Source: an uncultured delta proteobacterium | GTDB lineage: Bacteria > Myxococcota_A > Polyangia > Polyangiales > Polyangiaceae | Length of the DNA: 64,000 nt | Direction: 5' to 3' | Assembly: GCA_963850305.1 (NCBI GenBank) | Contig: CAWKKR010000007.1 | Location: 512,001 to 576,000, forward strand | Shown here: piece after piece, positions 57,992 to 64,000 of the stretch | Layout: every line of letters begins with the position of its first letter | Position numbering within the stretch: the first letter of the stretch is position 1 | Made by a program: the position numbers and the translations under genes | Notes under the pieces: generated by a model | Told to the model about the DNA's origin: nothing | The model's database searches: none | What the model saw: only the letters and a program-made list of their open reading frames with translations

Positions 57992-58869
57992 GAGGCGCGA
58001 CGATAACGGCGTCGAGCCAGCAACGAAAGCACGAGTACGCTCGTGGCGATGGGGGCGGCGGGCGAGGAAGTGTTCGACGAGGCCTCGTGGGCGGCGACGC
58101 GACATCCGTAGAAGAACGGGGGCGGGGTCGTGGTCGCGCAGACCTCCTCGCTCGCGCCACCGGACGTTGCCCCGGCGAGGTCGCGTACGAACGCAGCGAA
58201 GCAGACGTGGCCTGTCCCGTCGGAGATCGACGTCTCGACGCGCACGCTCTGGCCCGTGGTCGGAAGGTGTGTCGTCAGTACCGGGATGGGGGGCGCGTCC
58301 GCGTCGATGTTCGGGCCCTTGGTCTGGAAGATCGCGAGCGCGAGCAGGGCCGTCCCGAAGTCGTCGCTCGCCGCGCCTGGCGTGAGATCGAACGCGAAGC
58401 GATCTTCGAGATCGTTCGTGCAAGCGTCGCTCTCGCGCTCGACGTCCCATTCGACGTGCGAGAGCCCGTTGAACGTCGGCGCGACCGTGTCCGCGCCGGA
58501 GCCCGTCGTGAAGTGCACCACTTCACCCGAGCCCTGAGTCGCGGTGTCGATTCCGCGGAGCGCGGGCCACGTGATCGCGTACGAGTCGCCCCCGACGAGT
58601 CCTTCGGGCGGAATCACGACGAGCAGCCCCTCGGTATCGTCGAACGTGCCGTCGACGGTGACGGAGCCGGCCCCGACGTGCTCGAAATCGATGCTCTCGT
58701 TCTGGTATTCGGCCGTCGGCGCGTAATACGCCGAAAGGGTCGCGTTCGTGGGGACATTCTTGGCGCCGTCCGCAGGGAATGTCGTCAGCAGGTCGGGTTT
58801 ACCGCACGTGTCCGCGTGCGCGGGCGTGGCCACGACTGCGACCGTGAGTCCAAGGACGAATCTTCGCAT
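57988..58869 (-). CDS. Ig-like (Big_5-like) surface protein with MYXO-CTERM-like tail
   Basis: Signal peptide ending AHA; PADGAKNVPTN...FTTG..DTVAP; tail GCRVA...VLVLSLLARRR. Confidence 0.75.
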   Translation of the reverse strand: MRRFVLGLTVAVVATPAHADTCGKPDLLTTFPADGAKNVPTNATLSAYYAPTAEYQNESIDFEHVGAGSVTVDGTFDDTEGLLVVIPPEGLVGGDSYAITWPALRGIDTATQGSGEVVHFTTGSGADTVAPTFNGLSHVEWDVERESDACTNDLEDRFAFDLTPGAASDDFGTALLALAIFQTKGPNIDADAPPIPVLTTHLPTTGQSVRVETSISDGTGHVCFAAFVRDLAGATSGGASEEVCATTTPPPFFYGCRVAAHEASSNTSSPAAPIATSVLVLSLLARRRYRRAS

Positions 58870-59567
58870 CACGGACTGCACGTCACTTCGCCGCACTGCC
58901 CGACCATGTCATCGTGGTCGCCGTCGCCGTCGAGATCATAGTCGTCGTGACAGCAGTAGCCGTGGTCGACGCAACATTGTTCGAGCTGCCGCGAGTCCTT
59001 GTACTCGGACGACACCGCGGCGCACTCGGGTGGTACAGGGCTCTCCTTGCACGTGCCGAACGACCGCCCGTCGGCCGCACACGTCTCGGTGGCCCAGTAA
59101 GCGCAATAGGAGAGGAAGCAGACTCGCTCGCTCCCCGGGATGCAGGTCTCGCAGCGCGACGGGCACGCGCTGTAACGCCCGGCGACGCAATATTGGTCGC
59201 CGCCGCTCGCGCAGGGGATCGGCGGCAGGCCGTCGTCCACGACGCCGTTGCAGTCATCGTCGATGCCGTTGCACACTTCCGCGTGAGGGACGCACCCGGG
59301 GGCCGTCTTCGTCGGCGGTTTGGAGACTGGCGGGCCCGGCGGTGCTCGTCCCGCATCGGTCACGGTGACGATGGGGAGTACAGAAGCGTCCGACGTCGGC
59401 ACCGGGCTCACGACGGTGCCGACAGAACCCCCGATTCCAGAATCGACTCCGGGGGGCGTGGCTCCGCCAACACCGTCGATGGCGGAGAAGTCATCGAAGC
59501 CCGTTCGACTGCAGGCGCCCAGAACGAGCGCCGCGACGCTGAGCGAAGCGGCTCGGAGGAGCGTCAC
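58869..59567 (-). CDS. Cys-rich lipoprotein with myxobacterial EVCNGIDDDCNGVVDDG repeat
   Basis: GTG start; lipobox LGAC; Cys/Asp-rich C-terminus including DLDGDGD. Confidence 0.75.
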   Translation of the reverse strand: MTLLRAASLSVAALVLGACSRTGFDDFSAIDGVGGATPPGVDSGIGGSVGTVVSPVPTSDASVLPIVTVTDAGRAPPGPPVSKPPTKTAPGCVPHAEVCNGIDDDCNGVVDDGLPPIPCASGGDQYCVAGRYSACPSRCETCIPGSERVCFLSYCAYWATETCAADGRSFGTCKESPVPPECAAVSSEYKDSRQLEQCCVDHGYCCHDDYDLDGDGDHDDMVGQCGEVTCSP

Positions 59568-59584
59568 ATTGGAACGGTAACAGC

Positions 59585-59600
59585 TTGGCACGGTGTTCGC
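59585..59600 (+). promoter_or_regulatory. sigma-54 -24/-12 promoter
   Basis: TTGGCACGGTGTTCGC (GG-N10-GC); in-frame ATG 13 nt after the -12 C. Confidence 0.5.
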
Positions 59601-59612
59601 CATTGTGGCCCA

Positions 59613-60572
59613 ATGCAATTGATGTGCGCAGCACCGTGTCCGTCCCGCCGAGCGAGCGTTGCGCTCGTCTTGAGCCTATCGATCGGCATCGCGACCGTGG
59701 ACGCACGCGGGCAAAACCACGGCGTTTCCGAGCCGCCTTCGCTATCGGCGCCGACCACGCCGGAGCCCTCGGCAATCAACGGCGCGTCGGCACCGGGCGC
59801 CCCGGCGTTCACGGTCGGATCTGCCCCGGCGTTCACACCCGCCCCCGGAATCGGTCCACAGGGAACGTCCGGTGCCGGCGCCTATTCGCAAGCGCGCGGC
59901 CCTCGGATCGCCGAGCCTCCGGCCGACGCGAGCGACGCGCGCTGGAACGACGCCAACGCGGATCGAGTCGTGCTCGTGCCGACGGCGGCGACGCATCCGG
60001 CCGGCACCTGGTACCTGTCGGACTACGACGTCGTCGTGGTGCAAACGGGTTACGCGTTGACCGACCGCATGCAGCTCTCACTGACGTTGACTCCACCACT
60101 CTCGAAGGACTTCTTGCTGCCGATCGATCTCACCTTGAAGGGCGTCGTCGCACGGGCGCCGCGGGTGCGAGTCGCGTTGCTCGGATCGGTTTCGGGGCTT
60201 CTCGGCTACGAAGGCGGCGAGGCCCTGCTAGGTCGTGTGGGCGGAGCGACGGAGCTCTGTTTCGACGACGATTGCCGTTCGAGCGTCAGCGTGGCCGCCG
60301 ACATGCTGCTCGCCGGAGGGGCGATAGTGTTCACGGATGGTGTCGGCGCGATCATCCGGGCCAACGACACCGTCGCGTTTCTCTTCGAGTTGCAGAGTGC
60401 GCTGCCCATCGGGTCCGCTGACGGCCAGTACAACGTGCTCGCAGGAGCCTCGGGGCTCCGCTTGTCCGGGAGGACCTGGGGCGTCGATCTCGCAGCCGAG
60501 GCGCCGCTCGACCGGCGCACGAGTCCACAGCTCATTCCGTTCGTTGCCGGGACATACCGGTTCCTGCCATGA
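59613..60572 (+). CDS. Exported Pro-rich protein with probable beta-barrel domain
   Basis: Signal peptide; Pro/Ala linker; PTAATHPAGTWYLS..QTGYALTDR; C-terminal AGTYRF. Confidence 0.65.
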   Translation: MQLMCAAPCPSRRASVALVLSLSIGIATVDARGQNHGVSEPPSLSAPTTPEPSAINGASAPGAPAFTVGSAPAFTPAPGIGPQGTSGAGAYSQARGPRIAEPPADASDARWNDANADRVVLVPTAATHPAGTWYLSDYDVVVVQTGYALTDRMQLSLTLTPPLSKDFLLPIDLTLKGVVARAPRVRVALLGSVSGLLGYEGGEALLGRVGGATELCFDDDCRSSVSVAADMLLAGGAIVFTDGVGAIIRANDTVAFLFELQSALPIGSADGQYNVLAGASGLRLSGRTWGVDLAAEAPLDRRTSPQLIPFVAGTYRFLP

Positions 60573-61044
60573 CCGGCCTCCGTCTCAGATCCTGTACCTG
60601 GAATGGCCCTAGAATTCGGTATCGAGTTGCTGAATAGCTACCGATGCGGTCGACTGAGGGACAGTTTTGGTACTTCGATAGGTGAATCTCGGAGACCGCG
60701 ACGTATGGAAGCAACATCGCGCCGCACACGCTCCCGGGGCACACGCAGTGAGGAGGGGGTCGGCCACGAGAGCGGAGCCCGCGACTATGGGCTCGGCCTG
60801 GGGGGTGGGGGCGGCCTGCGCTGAGCAAAGGTTACCCCAGGGAGCCAGTCCGCCGTCAAGAGCCGTTCGAACGGACCGCGGGTTCGATCGTCTCGGTCGG
60901 TTTTTCCGGGGTAACTCGAAATCTCAGGGATCGGGACGCTAGGGGCCATTGCCTTCGCGGGGGGCGCTGGTAGTTTTGCCGTCGATTTTGATGGCTTCGA
61001 CTGCGGCCTCCCCCGTGTCATCCGAAGCCAGGAAGCTCTCGCGC

Positions 61045-64000
61045 ATGTCGCAGCTAGTGGACACGTCAGTCGGCACCCAGAACGTCGAGTTCCTCGAAGG
61101 GCTCTACGAGGAATACCTGCGAGATCCCTCGAGCGTCCCGCCCGATTTTCGAGAGTACTTCGAGTCGTTCGGTGCAGTTCAGTCCCCGACGCGGATCGGT
61201 CCGTCTTTCACGCCGAGGAGTCTGTTCGATTCCGGTCGCCGACGGACGAACGGAAGTGACGGACACGACGTTGTGCCGCGCGCGGCGTTCGGTGGCAACG
61301 GCGCAAAGCCGGCGCACTCGGCCAACGGTGCGGGTCTCGCCGGGGGGGTGTCGACGGTTCCCGCCGAGATGCCGATTCTCGCAGGGCCCGTGCTGCCCGC
61401 CAGTCCCATCGCGGATCTGAGCGAGACCAGTCTGCGGGTGCCGCCAGTGGGCTCGCTGCGGCCCGAGTCGCTCCACGAGACGCTCGACATCGCCATACGT
61501 CAGGATCGCGTCGATCAGCTCGTCCGCGCGTACCGCATCCGCGGGCACATGATCGCCAAGATCGACCCGCTTGGAATGGCGCGCCCTGCCGTCGTCGAGC
61601 TCGACCCGAAATTTTATCACCTGACCGAGGAGGATCTCGATCGCCGGTTTTCGAGTCGCACGATCTACGGCACCGAGACGCTCACGCTGCGCGAGATCCT
61701 CGACCGCCTGAGAAGCACTTATTGCAGGTCCATCGGCGTCGAGTTCATGCACATCCACGATGTCGAGCCGAAGAATTGGCTCCAGGAGCGGATGGAGGGC
61801 ACGGAGAACCGGATGGAGATCTCGGTCGCGGAACAGCGACGGATTCTCACTCTGCTCACCGACGCGGTCATGCTGGAGGAGTTCATCCAGCGCAAATATC
61901 TCGGTGCCAAGAGCTTCTCGCTCGAGGGGTCGGAGAGCTTGATCCCGCTCCTGGCGCTCACCATCGAGCACGCTGCAGACCACGGTGCCGACGAGTTCAC
62001 GCTCGGCATGGCGCACCGCGGGCGATTGAACGTGCTCGCGAACATCATGGGCAAGAGTCCGCGGGAAATCTTCCGCGAGTTCGAGGACCTCGACCCGCTT
62101 CTTTACAGGGGTCGCGGCGACGTGAAGTACCATATGGGGTACAGTTCGGATTATCTGACGGCGGCAGGGCGAAAGGTGCACCTCTCGCTGTGCTTCAACC
62201 CGAGCCATCTCGAGTTCGTGAATCCGGTCGTCGTGGGTCGGGTTCGGGCGAAGCAGGATCGCATCGGTGACGCGGAGCGGAAGCGGAAGATAGCCCTCGT
62301 CATTCATGGCGATGCGGCAATGGCGGGAGAGGGCATCGTACAGGAGACGTTCAACCTCAGCCAGCTACGTGCCTACAATGTTGGTGGCACCATTCACGTG
62401 GTCGTGAACAACCAGATCGGCTTCACGACACCCCCGTGGGAGTCGCGTTCCTCGACGTACGCGACGGACATCGCGAAGATGTTGCAGATCCCGATCTTCC
62501 ACGTCAACGGCGAAGATCCCGAGGCGGTTGCGCAGGTCGTGAGGCTCGCGATGGATTTCCGGATGACGTTCAAGCGCGACGTCGTGATCGACATGTATGG
62601 TTATCGCCGTCACGGTCACAACGAGGGCGACGAGCCGTCGTTCACGCAGCCGGTTCTTTATCGCGCGATTTCGAAGCGCGTGAGCGTTCGGGACGGTTAC
62701 CTCGGACACCTGCTCGCGCTGGGCGGCATCACGCGGGAGGACGCCGACCAGATCGCCGTGGAGCGCCGTGCGCATCTGGAGCAAGAGCTGACCGTTGCGC
62801 GACGCAAGGACTTCAAGAGGGTCGACGACTGGCTCGGAGGTTACTGGACCGGTTACACCGGCGGCCCCGAGTCCGCGGCTGACGAGATCGATACGGCCCT
62901 GGACGCATCGACGCTGGCGGCCTTCATCGAACGCATGTCGGAAGTTCCGGACGGCTTCACCCCGCACCCGAAGATCGTCCGTCTTCTCGAGCAGCGCCGC
63001 GAGATGGCTCACGGTAAACGCGCGCTCGACTGGGGTACGGCCGAACTCGCTGCGTTCGCGTCCCTGGTGACCGTCGGCATCAGGGTTCGCTTTACGGGTC
63101 AGGACGTCCCGCGCGGCACGTTCACCCAGCGGCACACAGTTCTCTACGATTACGAGAACGGCAAGACGCATACGCCGCTCGCGCACCTCTCGCCGACCCA
63201 GGCGCCGCTGGAGATCTTCAATAGCGCGCTCAGCGAGGCGGGCGTGCTGGGCTTCGAGTGGGGTTACAGTCTCGACTACCCCGACGGGCTCGTCGTCTGG
63301 GAAGCGCAGTTCGGCGATTTCGTGAACGTGGCGCAGGTCATCATCGATCAGTTCATCATGAGTGCGGAGGACAAGTGGAAGCGCCTGTCCGGGCTCGTCC
63401 TTCTTTTGCCGCACGGGTTCGAAGGCATGGGCCCGGAGCATTCGAGCGCGCGCATGGAACGCTGGCTCGCGCTGGCCGCGGAGGACAACGCGCAGATCGT
63501 CCAGCCAACGACGCCCGCGCAGCATTTCCATCTGCTCCGCCGTCAAGCTCTCCGCAAATGGCGAAAACCGCTAGTCGTGTTCACGCCCAAGAGCTTGTTG
63601 CGCCATCCGCTCGCGACGAGCTCTCTGGAGGACGTCGCGGCGGGCAGGTTCCACCGCGTGCTTGGCGACGAGCTCTCATCTCGTACGAAAAAGGTGGGCC
63701 GAGTCATCCTCTGCTCGGGCAAGCTCTATTACGACCTCGTGAAGCACCGGCAGGACACGGGACGCGAAGACGTTGCGATCGTCCGCCTGGAGCAGCTCTA
63801 CCCTCTCCCCAAGAAGTCGCTACTCGCGGCGCTCGATCCGTATTCCGACGGCGTGTCCCTGGTCTGGGCGCAAGAAGAACCGGAGAACATGGGCGCCTGG
63901 CGGTACATCCGGGTGCTCCTGGGTGAGCGCGTCTTCGGCCGATGGCCGCTGAGCGTCGTTGCCCGTGACGAGTCCGCCAGCCCGGCGACGGGCTCGGCCT
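61045..64000 (+). CDS. sucA: 2-oxoglutarate dehydrogenase E1, 3' truncated by window edge (absent from ORF track)
   Basis: Frame 1: LYEEYLRDP, AYRIRGH, FSLEG, GMAHRGRLN, GDVKYH, NPSHLE, HGDAA, NNQIGFTT, WEAQFGDF, QEEPENMGAW, SASPATG. Confidence 0.96.
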   Translation, partial: MSQLVDTSVGTQNVEFLEGLYEEYLRDPSSVPPDFREYFESFGAVQSPTRIGPSFTPRSLFDSGRRRTNGSDGHDVVPRAAFGGNGAKPAHSANGAGLAGGVSTVPAEMPILAGPVLPASPIADLSETSLRVPPVGSLRPESLHETLDIAIRQDRVDQLVRAYRIRGHMIAKIDPLGMARPAVVELDPKFYHLTEEDLDRRFSSRTIYGTETLTLREILDRLRSTYCRSIGVEFMHIHDVEPKNWLQERMEGTENRMEISVAEQRRILTLLTDAVMLEEFIQRKYLGAKSFSLEGSESLIPLLALTIEHAADHGADEFTLGMAHRGRLNVLANIMGKSPREIFREFEDLDPLLYRGRGDVKYHMGYSSDYLTAAGRKVHLSLCFNPSHLEFVNPVVVGRVRAKQDRIGDAERKRKIALVIHGDAAMAGEGIVQETFNLSQLRAYNVGGTIHVVVNNQIGFTTPPWESRSSTYATDIAKMLQIPIFHVNGEDPEAVAQVVRLAMDFRMTFKRDVVIDMYGYRRHGHNEGDEPSFTQPVLYRAISKRVSVRDGYLGHLLALGGITREDADQIAVERRAHLEQELTVARRKDFKRVDDWLGGYWTGYTGGPESAADEIDTALDASTLAAFIERMSEVPDGFTPHPKIVRLLEQRREMAHGKRALDWGTAELAAFASLVTVGIRVRFTGQDVPRGTFTQRHTVLYDYENGKTHTPLAHLSPTQAPLEIFNSALSEAGVLGFEWGYSLDYPDGLVVWEAQFGDFVNVAQVIIDQFIMSAEDKWKRLSGLVLLLPHGFEGMGPEHSSARMERWLALAAEDNAQIVQPTTPAQHFHLLRRQALRKWRKPLVVFTPKSLLRHPLATSSLEDVAAGRFHRVLGDELSSRTKKVGRVILCSGKLYYDLVKHRQDTGREDVAIVRLEQLYPLPKKSLLAALDPYSDGVSLVWAQEEPENMGAWRYIRVLLGERVFGRWPLSVVARDESASPATGSA

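Noticed and set aside
57240..58160. N-terminal ~300 aa of the 986-aa cytochrome ORF
   Set aside because: Shadow frame over two real genes; the signal peptide and lipobox begin near 57221.
60875..60900. GGTTCGATC as a tRNA T-loop
   Set aside because: The flanks do not form a T-stem or cloverleaf.
61066..63546. Long minus-strand ORFs 61066..62307 and 62365..63546
   Set aside because: Antisense shadows of sucA, typical of high-GC DNA.

Overview
High-GC bacterial chromosomal window of about 50 genes. The Cys-rich lipoproteins, MYXO-CTERM-like tail, FHA, PilZ and sigma-54 content suggest Myxococcota (Polyangiales-like); this is an inference. Housekeeping genes include xseA, aroE, pheA and a 3'-truncated sucA. 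No rRNA, tRNA, CRISPR or transposase was seen. The most notable items are: (1) an intact eukaryote-type bifunctional 6-phosphofructo-2-kinase/fructose-2,6-bisphosphatase; (2) a translationally coupled five-gene surface operon with a ~9-heme cytochrome c lipoprotein, Cys-rich lipoproteins, a MYXO-CTERM-like protein and a barrel-like protein; (3) a beta-propeller plus ubiquitin-like MoaD/ThiS pair with no E1 nearby; (4) a catalytically degenerate RecQ-like protein with a histone-like tail; (5) three copies of a GTAG...CTAC-bounded structured REPIN-like repeat; (6) four sigma-54 promoters and several -10 boxes placed to give leaderless mRNAs; (7) two +1 frameshifts at the same GATTCGAG word. All calls come from motif recognition by eye; no database search was run.
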